DNA of 64,000 bases from a virus (lineage: Duplodnaviria > Caudoviricetes), in the IMG/VR virus record IMGVR_UViG_3300037453_000168, positions 14,932 through 78,931 of that record. One strand, written 5' to 3'. Every line of letters begins with the position of its first letter. Position 1 is the first letter of the stretch. The notes beneath the pieces are model-generated. The model ran no database searches, was not told the DNA's origin, and was given only the letters and a program-made list of their open reading frames with translations. This document shows positions 1 through 9,006 of the stretch, in pieces. The position numbers were made by a program, and so were the translations under genes.

Positions 1-87
1 GGAATCGTCAGAGGATTCGAGACATTCCCCAATGAGATACAGCCTACGATGAAACGTACAGGCGGTACGGGTTCCACAGGAATTTAA
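1..87 (+). CDS. C-terminal end of a probable dUTPase/dCTP-deaminase family protein (5'-truncated by window)
   Basis: Frame 1 translates to GIVRGFETFPNEIQPTMKRTGGTGSTGI*; the RxGGxGSTG ending matches trimeric dUTPase motif V. Confidence 0.6.
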   Translation, partial: GIVRGFETFPNEIQPTMKRTGGTGSTGI

Positions 88-169
88 GTAGTTATTTAAA
101 GCGATTTCAGGATTTACCATCGTAGGGTTCTGGTACATCCTTCCTATTCTGAACCCTACACCATTCAGA

Positions 170-555
170 AATTATAGAATATTTGCAGATATTATATAGA
201 ATCCGAATCTTATACAATATCTTGAGAATTTGTATAATATTCTCTATATATCAATAATCAATGTTTTTTTTCAAGATTATAATATTATTAATATGTTTAT
301 AATATTATTAATTTGTTTGAATTAAATCGTTTTATTATTATTATACGGATTTTATATAATATTTCGAGAAATTATATAATATCGTGGTTCTTTAATTTTA
401 TATATATATAGATACATGATGAATTGGTAGGCATACTATATCATATCCTACCGCTTATTTTTACAAGATTATGTTATAATCTTGTAAAATATGTTATAAT
501 CATATTTATCGTGTAAATATTATTAAATACATTTTATTGAATATATCACTCGATA
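170..555. other. Very AT-rich non-coding region with inverted and direct repeats (candidate origin/regulatory hub)
   Basis: No ORF; almost entirely A/T against a genome of roughly half GC; 14-bp perfect IR at 459-472/476-489; GGTAGG/CCTACC IR at 426-452; duplicated TATAATATTATTAAT. Confidence 0.55.
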
Positions 556-559
556 TAGT

Positions 560-907
560 ATGCCGACCATCAAAAGGGATTACCATCACGGGTCTGGTAA
601 GCACTCGGTTCAGTACCCGTCTACTGTTTCGCAGGAACAGTATGATAGATTAGAGGAATTCCGCAAGAAGGTGTCAGAACGTAAGGGCATTCCTATCTCC
701 AGAGGGCAGTTCATAATGTGGATGTTCTATCGTACATTCACGACCTTCGAGGATTGCGTTGCGATAGACGATTTCTGTGACAAGCAGATTTCGGACATAG
801 CGGATGCCGTCGATAAGCTCAACGAGGTCATGCGGAATGCTGGTTTTTTCAAAAATACCTGTCTGATTTTTGAGGATGGAGAGGACAATGAAGAAAAAGA
901 CAACTAA
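560..907 (+). CDS. Hypothetical protein, possible RHH-like DNA-binding N-terminus
   Basis: ORF right after the AT-rich block; pattern STVSQEQYDRLEEFRKKVSERKGIPISRGQFI. Confidence 0.55.
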   Translation: MPTIKRDYHHGSGKHSVQYPSTVSQEQYDRLEEFRKKVSERKGIPISRGQFIMWMFYRTFTTFEDCVAIDDFCDKQISDIADAVDKLNEVMRNAGFFKNTCLIFEDGEDNEEKDN

Positions 908-1046
908 GACAGTTTCATTGCGCAACGATACAGTCGATAAGCTCAACGAGTTATCGGCTCTTATGGGCGTCCCAATGAGTTCGGTGATTGATTTCGCAAT
1001 CGAGGTCTACTATATCAAAAAGACGGAGGGATACAGTGAGAATTAA
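888..1046 (+). CDS. Ribbon-helix-helix (CopG-like) regulator, 52 aa, missed by ORF track
   Basis: MKKKTTKTVSLRNDTVDKLNELSALMGVPMSSVIDFAIEVYYIKKTEGYSEN; GGAGAGG upstream. Confidence 0.7.
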   Translation: MKKKTTKTVSLRNDTVDKLNELSALMGVPMSSVIDFAIEVYYIKKTEGYSEN

Positions 1047-1707
1047 CACAGATGCTCTGGACGATGTTGAACAGGAACAAGAGGAAGAACACGACCGTGA
1101 CCCCCTTCTCAGGGATTACCGTCGTAGGAACAAGGCGTACACCCACTTGGATAATTCGCAGTTCAAACGTTGCATATTGAGAGAGGACTTGGTAAGATTG
1201 GCATACACGGATAGGAAATCCGCAGTAGCGTTCCTCAGAGCGCACGAGGATGATTTCAGACGTGCAAGGTTCGATTCACAGGCCAAGGCGGATATGCATA
1301 GCGCATTGTCAAAGGACTACTACGGCATCCTGAACAACTCGGACATAGAGTACATCAAATCGGTCCTCGGACCGAACGTACCGCCCAAGCGCACCGTTGC
1401 GAACACCCAATACTGCACATCCCATGAGTATTACGCCGACCCCAAGGATTTCCGTGGATGGATGGCGGAGTTGCATGATTCTACATTCGTCAGATTCCGC
1501 AAGTGGATGAACGACTCGAAGAATCTGGAACGGTATATGAAGAACCTATCGGATGTGGATAGGGACGTGTTGTGCGAGGTATTCGAGTATCAGCTACAGC
1601 GCAGATACGTGATGGGTTTCCAAGTCAAGGAGGGCCTCGATTTCAACGAGGAAACGGACAGACCTTGGATTGACCGCATATAGAACGATTACGGGTTGAA
1701 GGCATGA
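1037..1707 (+). CDS. Hypothetical protein (GTG start; TAG at 1681 probably read through to TGA 1705-1707)
   Basis: GGAGGG precedes GTG 1037; ORF track gives 988..1683 ending in TAG. Confidence 0.6.
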
Positions 1708-1744
1708 GAACGGGTATATACCCCGAACCCCTGTCAGGTTCGTC

Positions 1745-2146
1745 ATGGTAGAGTTCAAGGTCGAGGGCCATCCACAGCCAGAGGGTTCCCATACCGCCCA
1801 CATCATAGGCGGTCGTGCCGTGGTGCATCATGTCCGTTCGGACAGATTGACAGCATGGAGGGAATCGGTCGCGGATGCTTTCAGGAGGTCGGGTGCGAAC
1901 TACCTCCATGACGAGCCTATCAGAATCAGCATCGAGTTCCATCTTCTAAGACCCAAATCGGTATCCGTGAGGAAACGTCCGTACATGACCGTCAAGCCAG
2001 ACATAGACAAGCTGTGCCGTTCCACGATAGACGGCCTGTCGATGGGCACGGCTTTCGACGATGATTCGCAGATAGTGGAGTTGCACGCATCCAAAATCTA
2101 TTCCGATTGGGAAGGTGCGGTAATCGATATAGAAAGGTTCGAGTGA
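1745..2146 (+). CDS. rusA: RusA-family Holliday junction resolvase
   Basis: KPDIDKLCRSTIDGL...FDDDSQIVELHASKIY pattern. Confidence 0.85.
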   Translation: MVEFKVEGHPQPEGSHTAHIIGGRAVVHHVRSDRLTAWRESVADAFRRSGANYLHDEPIRISIEFHLLRPKSVSVRKRPYMTVKPDIDKLCRSTIDGLSMGTAFDDDSQIVELHASKIYSDWEGAVIDIERFE

Positions 2147-2150
2147 TTGC

Positions 2151-2441
2151 ATGGTGACCAAGATTGAGATAAAACTGCTGTCATTGGATTACAGACTGCG
2201 CATGCAGGTTCAGGACGAGATAAACGCTCGCTACGTCGCACTCATACATCCTGACAGAGGATACATCGTCAGGATGGATTTGGACGATGACGGGGTATCG
2301 AGGGAATCAATCATATCCTCGTTATCCGAGGGTTCGCTGGAATTCATAGACACAATCAAGGTGATAGACGGGGACAGGCCCGTGGAAAAGCCATCCAGAC
2401 AGGTGTCCGATTTCGTCACCGCAGATACTCTGATTCGCTGA
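2151..2441 (+). CDS. Hypothetical protein
   Basis: ORF packed after rusA. Confidence 0.6.
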   Translation: MVTKIEIKLLSLDYRLRMQVQDEINARYVALIHPDRGYIVRMDLDDDGVSRESIISSLSEGSLEFIDTIKVIDGDRPVEKPSRQVSDFVTADTLIR

Positions 2442-2460
2442 AATAATATATTTTATATAC
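2441..2460 (+). promoter_or_regulatory. Archaeal BRE/TATA-type promoter, 'early' class
   Basis: AAATAATATATTTTATATAC, ending about 21 nt before ATG 2482; same motif recurs across the window. Confidence 0.7.
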
Positions 2461-2481
2461 TTCCATATTATATTTTAGTAC

Positions 2482-2712
2482 ATGGAAGGACATATTTCAA
2501 CATTGAACATCGGACTTCTTTACGAAATCCATCAAAAGACGTTCAATCCGCAGAGGTACGAGCCTAAGGATTTGGACGTGGATTTGCTCAATCTCGAATC
2601 GGTAGGATACATCGTCTACAACGGCAATCCCTCCGAGGTCGCTATAACGGAGAAGGGCGCCGAGGATTTGAAGGCGATTATCACGGAAATGATGGAGGGA
2701 GTGGATGGATAA
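2482..2712 (+). CDS. Small winged-helix-like protein
   Basis: LLNLESVGYIVYNG...VAITEKG wing pattern. Confidence 0.55.
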   Translation: MEGHISTLNIGLLYEIHQKTFNPQRYEPKDLDVDLLNLESVGYIVYNGNPSEVAITEKGAEDLKAIITEMMEGVDG

Positions 2713-2716
2713 AGAT

Positions 2717-3634
2717 ATGGAAACGGTGCTTGTGAGCCATTCGGATTTGGACGGCTACGGCAACAACATCATAATATAGACCTATCTCGGGCATATACGT
2801 TCTTTCAATATCGGATACAGTGATTTGGAGACCGTGTTGGTTGCGTTGCCCGACAACATACAGCTAATCATCACGGACCTGTCGATTCCAGAGCGCACAT
2901 CCCCGATGCTGGAACGTTTCGCCCATGTGATAATAATAGACCACCATATCACGACCCAATGGGCGGTGGGATGGGCGGAGAGCACGGGCAACGAGGCCAT
3001 CGTGGATACGTCGAGGTGTGCCACATGGCTGACATACGAGTACATGAAATCGGTCTACGGGTTCGGCTCGGAGAAGATGACCTGTTGGGCCAGACTCATA
3101 GACGATTACGACAGATATGTTCTGCAATATCCCGAATCAAGACGTCTTAACGTGCTTTTCAACATAACGGCCGACCCGATAAGGTTCGTGAGGGACGGCA
3201 TGGAGAAACATCCCGAGACATTGCTGAACCGTGAGTCCGATGATATTGATTACTATCTCGAACAGCAGAGGAAGTACATAGACAAATCGACGATGTTCGT
3301 TCTCAACTACAAGCCGTAGGTCGTGATGACCTTCGCTGAAAGGCACAAATCCGCTATGGCGGAGATAGCGATTGCCGAGGGGGGTGTGGATTTGTTCTAC
3401 GGTGTAGACCTGCATTCGATGACGGTCTCGATACGTTCGTCTGTGAAATCCAAGATTGATTGCACCAAGGTGGCGAAGATGATTAATCCCGATGGCGGAG
3501 GCCATCGCAATGCCAGCGGTGCATCCATATCCAACTGGTGCGTCGGATGGAACAATGTGGAGGTCGGGACATTCTGTATGCCCCTGTCGTTCCCGTCGAG
3601 GGACCTGCCTACCTATTCGGAGGAATCGGAATGA
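2717..3634 (+). CDS. DHH/DHHA1 phosphoesterase with two internal TAG codons (2777-2779, 3317-3319)
   Basis: One frame joins SHSDLDG (motif I), IIIDHHI (DHH), LIDDYDRY and DHHA1 ISIRS...GGGHRNASG; the track fragments 2825..3319 and 3323..3634 share that frame; TGA overlaps next ATG 3631. Confidence 0.85.
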
Positions 3635-3822
3635 GAGCCATGCGCATAAACGGACACATAGTGAAATGCAAGATGTGCAGGAAATACAATGCATCTATGA
3701 TTTATTTGGGTGTGCCCGTATGCAATCGCTGTCTAAGGCCGTTCCTCATGGGATATCTATGCGGTAGGGCGAAAGCACTCGATTCAGATGAATCGGAGGA
3801 TTCCCGATGGTAGATGCGATAA
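3631..3822 (+). CDS. Small CxxC zinc-finger protein (TAG 3811 possibly read through)
   Basis: CKMC...CNRC; ATGA coupling with the DHH gene. Confidence 0.55.
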
Positions 3823-4115
3823 TCCGCAGATAGGAGATAATCCTGTTCCTGTATGACCACTCCCCGTTCGATTCATACACCGCACCATGGTCCACCACTC
3901 TGCTGGGATTGTCGGCTCATTACAAGTTGAATCGTACAACCATCAGCAACATCCTGAAATCCCTCATGGACAAGGGCCTGGTGGAACGCTCATTCAAGCA
4001 TACGATGGATAAGGGCATGGTCTCGGACAGGAAACGTAGGACCTGCTATTCTCTGACCAGCGATGGCAAGGAGATTGCAAAGCGTATAAAGGATATTAGG
4101 AGGGATTTGGAATGA
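3807..4115 (+). CDS. Winged-helix (MarR/ArsR-like) protein with internal TAG at 3831-3833
   Basis: GGAGGA 6 nt before ATG 3807; MVDAIIRR(TAG)EIILFLY runs in frame into TTISNILKSLMDKGLVER...YSLTSDG. Confidence 0.75.
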
Positions 4116-4423
4116 CCGAATACCTATGCAACATAAACAGGATTCTGGATACATTCGAGGCCATAATCAAGCATGATGGGAAGAATCTCGCTGACATCGT
4201 GAAGGACGAGGGATGGCAACCGTTGCGTTACCATATCGACGAGTTAATAGACAACGGACTCGCAAAGAAGTACCGCTACGGATACCGTGAGGTACATCTT
4301 ACACGCAAGGGATACGAGGTCTACGAACTTCTGAGACAGGCGAAGGAGCGCATGGACGATGACGATGGTGCCGACGAGTACCATATATTCGTGGATGCAG
4401 GCAAGAGAGGGTATGAGAGATGA
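4112..4423 (+). CDS. Winged-helix protein
   Basis: LRYHIDELIDNGLAKK...VHLTRKG; ATGA overlap. Confidence 0.7.
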   Translation: MTEYLCNINRILDTFEAIIKHDGKNLADIVKDEGWQPLRYHIDELIDNGLAKKYRYGYREVHLTRKGYEVYELLRQAKERMDDDDGADEYHIFVDAGKRGYER

Positions 4424-4445
4424 CCTTCGAGATGGAGGGGACGGT

Positions 4446-4985
4446 ATGACTGGCAGGCCTACGGACCTCACAGGGATGCGCTTCGGCAGGCTGACCGTCG
4501 TTGCATACGACGGACACAGGGGCAAGAGGAATTATTGGACGTGCGCTTGCGACTGTGGGGGGACGGCCGTCACCAGCTCAGGTTCCCTCATGCAAGGGCA
4601 TTCCCAATCATGCGGATGTCTTCGTCACGCGCCCCGTCCGAACAAGTGCAAACGGCTGGAGCACGACGGGGAATCACTGACCTATGACGAATGGGCGGAC
4701 CGTCTCGGAATGAATAGGGACACTATACGCACCTACGTCCGCTCGGGCATCCCTCTCGGCCATCTGGTAGAGAACGAAGGCCATGTGCGTATGGGGAGGT
4801 CGGGATTTCCACCGAGGGTATATTATCACGGCGACGTCGGATAGACCAGAACTGGATGGGCTGGATGTCTGGGCATCAGCACTACGTCTTTAAATCATCG
4901 CATACAGAAGGGCCAGTCCATCGGGGACATCATCGAGGACAGGATGAGGGAGCGCATCGTGCTCACGGTGGGGAGACCGGAATGA
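4446..4985 (+). CDS. Protein with HNH/AP2-endonuclease-associated N-terminal Cys domain plus two HTH-like repeats; internal TAG 4842-4844
   Basis: DLTGMRFGRLTV...WTCACDCG...SQSCGC; repeat 1 TYDEWADRLGMNRDTIRTYVRSG, repeat 2 after the TAG TRTGWAGCLGISTTSLNHRIQKG; readthrough TGA overlaps ATG 4982. Confidence 0.75.
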
Positions 4986-5188
4986 TACTTCACAATCAGA
5001 TACCAGATAAGACCGCCCTGACCATTGAGAAGGTGGATGAGGGCGAGGTCTATGTCGAGTGCACCATCAAGGCGATAATCAAAGCCTCGGAGATCCAGGA
5101 ACTATATGATACACTTGATGCGTGTTGTATCCAGATATTCGATTATGACCACAACGACGGAGACGATGAAGAGGAGGAAGAGGAATGA
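4982..5188 (+). CDS. Hypothetical protein
   Basis: ATGA-coupled; ends EEEEEE. Confidence 0.6.
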   Translation: MILHNQIPDKTALTIEKVDEGEVYVECTIKAIIKASEIQELYDTLDACCIQIFDYDHNDGDDEEEEEE

Positions 5189-5412
5189 AGACCCTCGGAA
5201 GGATTTACGGAACAGAGGGGACTTTCCTCGATAGGAATCCTCATTTCAAGGGGTATAATGACAGGATGGACCATATCGTGAAATGTCCAGAGTGCGGTCA
5301 GGGAATGGCATTCACAGACATTCTCAGAGTCAATCATAAATGGGGATGCCCACTCTGCAACAGATATATCAGTCATGTAACGGAGATTGTGAGAAGGGAG
5401 GAAGAAGAATGA
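5185..5412 (+). CDS. Zinc-ribbon protein
   Basis: CPECG...CPLC. Confidence 0.65.
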   Translation: MKTLGRIYGTEGTFLDRNPHFKGYNDRMDHIVKCPECGQGMAFTDILRVNHKWGCPLCNRYISHVTEIVRREEEE

Positions 5413-5768
5413 GCGGATACACAGGGCCGATAGGAGATGGGTACGGCTGGCAACCATGCCCTAAATGTGGGAGGGATGCCTTCATCTCATATAATGGGAT
5501 GAAATGCAATCATTGCGGATACAACACTTTTCCGAATATAACCACCAGCGACAGAAGTACAGGCTCCAATAGGGTCAATCTACCTCTTATAATCGACACT
5601 CCCGAACAATACGGCAGGATTGTGACAGGAGAGCAATCCGTATTGGAGGATTTGGTGCATATCGTAGCAAGGATTGCAATAAAATACCATGCAGACACGG
5701 ATTGCAGTGACATTTTCGACATGATAGATGCTTGCAGGAAGAAATTGAACATGGAGGGAGAGGAATGA
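5409..5768 (+). CDS. Zinc-ribbon protein
   Basis: PCPKCG...CNHCG; ATGA coupling. Confidence 0.65.
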   Translation: MSGYTGPIGDGYGWQPCPKCGRDAFISYNGMKCNHCGYNTFPNITTSDRSTGSNRVNLPLIIDTPEQYGRIVTGEQSVLEDLVHIVARIAIKYHADTDCSDIFDMIDACRKKLNMEGEE

Positions 5769-5986
5769 CTGAAAAATCAATACAGAGCATTAATTTGATG
5801 CTACTTGCTGGTAAATGTTTCGAGGAAATGGGCGTATATAAACAGGCTCTGACGTTTGTGAGCGATGGTGATGGCGTGAATGCTTATCTTGTGCTGACAT
5901 TCGATAAGAACCATCCAACTCCTCCCGAACTGTCTAAACCTATGATGAAGTATAGATTAGAACTATATGCGGAGGTAGAGGAATGA
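5765..5986 (+). CDS. Hypothetical protein
   Basis: GAGGAATGA junctions at both ends. Confidence 0.6.
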   Translation: MTEKSIQSINLMLLAGKCFEEMGVYKQALTFVSDGDGVNAYLVLTFDKNHPTPPELSKPMMKYRLELYAEVEE

Positions 5987-6168
5987 CCGAACTGAAACCG
6001 TGCCCCTTCTGCGGTTCAAACAATATAATCTGTCCATTGCCTTGGATAATTTCTTGCGATTCATGTGGGTTCGATTTCAGACCACCGAGCCATTTTGGAG
6101 AGGGCCTTACGGACAAGCAGAGATAGGGGCTCACAATCGAATATTGGAACAGGAGGGCGTCAGAATGA
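5983..6168 (+). CDS. Lar (restriction-alleviation)-like Zn protein with internal TAG 6124-6126; missed by ORF track
   Basis: MTELKPCPFCGS...CDSCG...DKQR(TAG)GLTIEYWNRRASE*; the family's WNRR motif lies after the TAG; TGA overlaps ATG 6165. Confidence 0.8.
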
Positions 6169-6344
6169 CATTCGTGAAACCCTGTCCGTTCTGCGGTGCA
6201 GAGGTCTCGATATACGACAGGAATGGGCGCACCAAGATAGACCACCCGGACGGAATCGAGTGCATCCTGAACGTGATGGAGAGCCAATGGTACGGCCCTA
6301 TTGGGGATTTTATCAGGGAATGGAACAGGAGGGTGGAGGAATGA
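6165..6344 (+). CDS. Lar-like protein
   Basis: VKPCPFCG...IREWNRR. Confidence 0.75.
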   Translation: MTFVKPCPFCGAEVSIYDRNGRTKIDHPDGIECILNVMESQWYGPIGDFIREWNRRVEE

Positions 6345-6517
6345 TAGTCACAGGTTATGAGATTAGAGACGAGATGAAAGGTTCGGCGGACAGGAAGAAC
6401 GTACAGGCCTGCATTGAAATCAAGGTGGTATCGTCGCTCGAGGAATACCAGCGTTTCATGCTGGCCTTGTCCGACGGGGCTTTCATTTTCAAAAGGATAT
6501 CGGAGGAGAAGGAATGA
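6341..6517 (+). CDS. Small hypothetical protein
   Basis: GGAGGAATGA coupling. Confidence 0.55.
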   Translation: MIVTGYEIRDEMKGSADRKNVQACIEIKVVSSLEEYQRFMLALSDGAFIFKRISEEKE

Positions 6518-6729
6518 CCAGACGCTACATCATACGCATCGGGGAACTCGGCCCGATGGAGGTCCTCGCCAAGCATCCGAGGGCGGTGGTCAACAGGTAC
6601 GTCACAGAGCCCGACACGGTGGCCATCGTCAGAGAGTCCATGTCTGACACGGGCAGGATGATGCTGTGGAGGGCCAACCGTACAGGGCTGACGGAACGCA
6701 TCGGCTGGATAATGGAGGCGGACGAATGA
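6514..6729 (+). CDS. Small hypothetical protein
   Basis: ATGA coupling. Confidence 0.55.
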   Translation: MTRRYIIRIGELGPMEVLAKHPRAVVNRYVTEPDTVAIVRESMSDTGRMMLWRANRTGLTERIGWIMEADE

Positions 6730-6905
6730 AGATATACGCTATATGTGAGATTTACCCCAATGAACCAGACATCATAATCAGGTACTATAAGACCAAGGAG
6801 GATGCGAAGTGGGGTCTGAACAAGCTGATGGCTGGTGAGGACGAGAGCTACGAATGGAATGAGTATGGCGAGTATGAGATAATCGAAATCGAGGTGGAGG
6901 AATGA
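6726..6905 (+). CDS. Small hypothetical protein
   Basis: MKIYAICE...YEIIEIEVEE; ATGA coupling. Confidence 0.6.
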   Translation: MKIYAICEIYPNEPDIIIRYYKTKEDAKWGLNKLMAGEDESYEWNEYGEYEIIEIEVEE

Positions 6906-7114
6906 CTGCTATTCAGGAGTATCGTGCATGGGTCAGAGCGATAACGAGATTATCAATCGCCATCAGTGCAATGGATACTGTCCCGTTCTTAGGAATCGGC
7001 CCAGAGTTTAGGGCGGAGTGTGAGGAATTATGGGAGAGGATGGATTCTCTGAAATCTAAGATGGAAACGAGGATAGAAGAAATGGAAAAAGAGCTAGAGG
7101 GGTGCAAGGAATGA
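6902..7114 (+). CDS. Small coiled-coil hypothetical protein
   Basis: ATGA coupling. Confidence 0.55.
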   Translation: MTAIQEYRAWVRAITRLSIAISAMDTVPFLGIGPEFRAECEELWERMDSLKSKMETRIEEMEKELEGCKE

Positions 7115-7311
7115 CAACCAAGATAACTTACTTCAATGCCAAGGTGAATAACACCGAGGATTATGGAACGCACATAAACATGGAGATTGGCATGAGATTG
7201 GAGGAAGAACAGTCGGTACAGTACCTTCTAACCGTGACCAAGCATGGATGCCAGATAGAGGAATACTGGAGGAAGAGGAATGATTTACACGAAGATGCTC
7301 GTGATGTGTGA
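7111..7311 (+). CDS. Small hypothetical protein
   Basis: ATGA coupling. Confidence 0.5.
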   Translation: MTTKITYFNAKVNNTEDYGTHINMEIGMRLEEEQSVQYLLTVTKHGCQIEEYWRKRNDLHEDARDV

Positions 7312-7522
7312 CGGATGCGGTGCAGAGATAGATATCGATGTGGCTCTTAGAGAACGTTCGTATGAAATCGACGGTTTCTCATTCTATTACCAGTTGCGCA
7401 AGCGTGGGTGGGGTAGAGTGGATGAGGGCATGTGCGATATGAAGCACTATTGTCCGCTTTGTCTGGCAAAAAAGAACTCGGCATCCGCAAACTGTTTGGA
7501 TAATGCGGAGGCGGAGGAATGA
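7280..7522 (+). CDS. Zinc-finger protein
   Basis: CDGCG...RKRGW...HYCPLC; GAGGAATG start. Confidence 0.65.
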   Translation: MIYTKMLVMCDGCGAEIDIDVALRERSYEIDGFSFYYQLRKRGWGRVDEGMCDMKHYCPLCLAKKNSASANCLDNAEAEE

Positions 7523-7728
7523 CCGAGAAACACAGATTCTACCTCAAGGTAGGATTCGACGTCTACGCCGATTGCGAGGACAATGCGGAGAACATCCTGT
7601 ACACGATGCTCGACCATATGCTCCTCGACCCGTTGAACAAGGATGGGGATGTGGAGGTCAGGAATTACTGGCCCGACATACTGGTGAGGGATTGCAACAA
7701 GGTAGGCAGACAGGAGGAAAAGGAATGA
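7519..7728 (+). CDS. Small hypothetical protein
   Basis: ATGA coupling. Confidence 0.55.
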   Translation: MTEKHRFYLKVGFDVYADCEDNAENILYTMLDHMLLDPLNKDGDVEVRNYWPDILVRDCNKVGRQEEKE

Positions 7729-7895
7729 CTGAATATGTTTGCTACGGCTGTAATAACTGTTGCTATCTGAATGAAGAGGACATGAGGGAGCATGGTATGA
7801 TGGATGAATGGGATGAGGATTATTCGGAGATTAATGACATCTGGTGTCCCTGTGGCGGATGTCGCACTTAGGTATGTAAGGAGGAAGAGGAATGA
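7725..7895 (+). CDS. Cys-rich microprotein with internal TAG 7869-7871
   Basis: CYGCNNCC...CPCGGCRT(TAG)VCKEEEE*; readthrough restores the usual EE*/GAGGAATGA junction. Confidence 0.65.
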
Positions 7896-8032
7896 AATGT
7901 TCCGAATGCGCTAATCTGATACGCACTCCATTGGGTCTAAGGTGCAGGTACGAGTGGGAACTATTGAGTAATCCCAGAGGCGGAGCTTGTGCGAGAGGAG
8001 AGAGGTTCGTACAGAAGGAGGCGGAGGAATGA
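7892..8032 (+). CDS. Cys-containing microprotein (46 aa), missed by ORF track
   Basis: MKCSECANLIRTPLGLRCRY...KEAEE*; coupled at both ends. Confidence 0.55.
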   Translation: MKCSECANLIRTPLGLRCRYEWELLSNPRGGACARGERFVQKEAEE

Positions 8033-8208
8033 CCGAATTGAAACCCTGTCCGTTCTGCGGTTCGTCAGATGTACACATGCGCGAAATAACCGACTACTGC
8101 CATTTTGCATTCAAGGGCATATTCTGCGACGGATGTTCAACCTTCCATGTAGCATGGATAAGCGACGAGAACAGGATAGAATCATGGAATAAGAGGGTGG
8201 AAGAATGA
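8029..8208 (+). CDS. Lar-like protein
   Basis: MTELKPCPFCGS...CDGC...IESWNKR. Confidence 0.75.
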   Translation: MTELKPCPFCGSSDVHMREITDYCHFAFKGIFCDGCSTFHVAWISDENRIESWNKRVEE

Positions 8209-8627
8209 CCATAAAGTGCAGCACACCGCTCTTCCATCCGCGCCACAGGTATTGCCCGTTATGCGGAGTGTTCACCGAAGAAGCGGTATTAGATCCGACA
8301 CGTCCAGAAGTGACCGTACACTGCAAGAACTGCGGGTACACCACGATAATGACATCGACACTTTGGCCCGAAAAGGAGAGCGAAGACAATGGAGGAGAAC
8401 GAATGACCGCTATTGTTCGTATATGCCCCAAAAGAGACACAGGATACTACACTAATGACCTTTGTGTAACGGTCACTCATACAGAGACACAGAGTTTGGA
8501 TAGGACATATACTGTGAGGAATGGCGACCTATGCTTAAAAAAAGGGATGCTTGTCTTAAAGACAGCGAGCGAGACGGTTTACATCTTTCCCACGGAAATT
8601 CTTGATTATGCAGGGGTGTTAGAGTGA
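8205..8627 (+). CDS. Zinc-ribbon-containing hypothetical protein
   Basis: CPLCG...CKNCG. Confidence 0.55.
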   Translation: MTIKCSTPLFHPRHRYCPLCGVFTEEAVLDPTRPEVTVHCKNCGYTTIMTSTLWPEKESEDNGGERMTAIVRICPKRDTGYYTNDLCVTVTHTETQSLDRTYTVRNGDLCLKKGMLVLKTASETVYIFPTEILDYAGVLE

Positions 8628-8649
8628 CCTATGAGATGGAGGGCGAGGA

Positions 8650-9006
8650 ATGACATTGAGCCGTAGAGCAAGGGATTTCTGTCATGATGGCGGTGTCCTG
8701 ATTATATTGATATGCCTTTTTTTAGTGATACCCATGTCATGTATCTGGGTGGTCACGGAGGGGTGGGCTTACGATGACTGCCATGCACCGTTGCATGATG
8801 AAATCGTGTGCATAGTCGATGATGTTGAGACACATATCTCGACCGCTGGAAAGGATTTGCGGAACGAGGTCTTTGCGTTCATATCCGAGAACAGAGGACA
8901 GTTCGTATCTATCTGTTTTACGGATGGTTCGCATGGGCATGACCGCACGATATTGGTATGTTGGGTCAAAGAAATAAAGAACCAAATCGAGGGGGTGAGC
9001 GAATGA
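8650..9006 (+). CDS. Protein with N-terminal transmembrane segment
   Basis: Hydrophobic GGVLIILICLFLVIPMSCIWVV. Confidence 0.55.
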   Translation: MTLSRRARDFCHDGGVLIILICLFLVIPMSCIWVVTEGWAYDDCHAPLHDEIVCIVDDVETHISTAGKDLRNEVFAFISENRGQFVSICFTDGSHGHDRTILVCWVKEIKNQIEGVSE

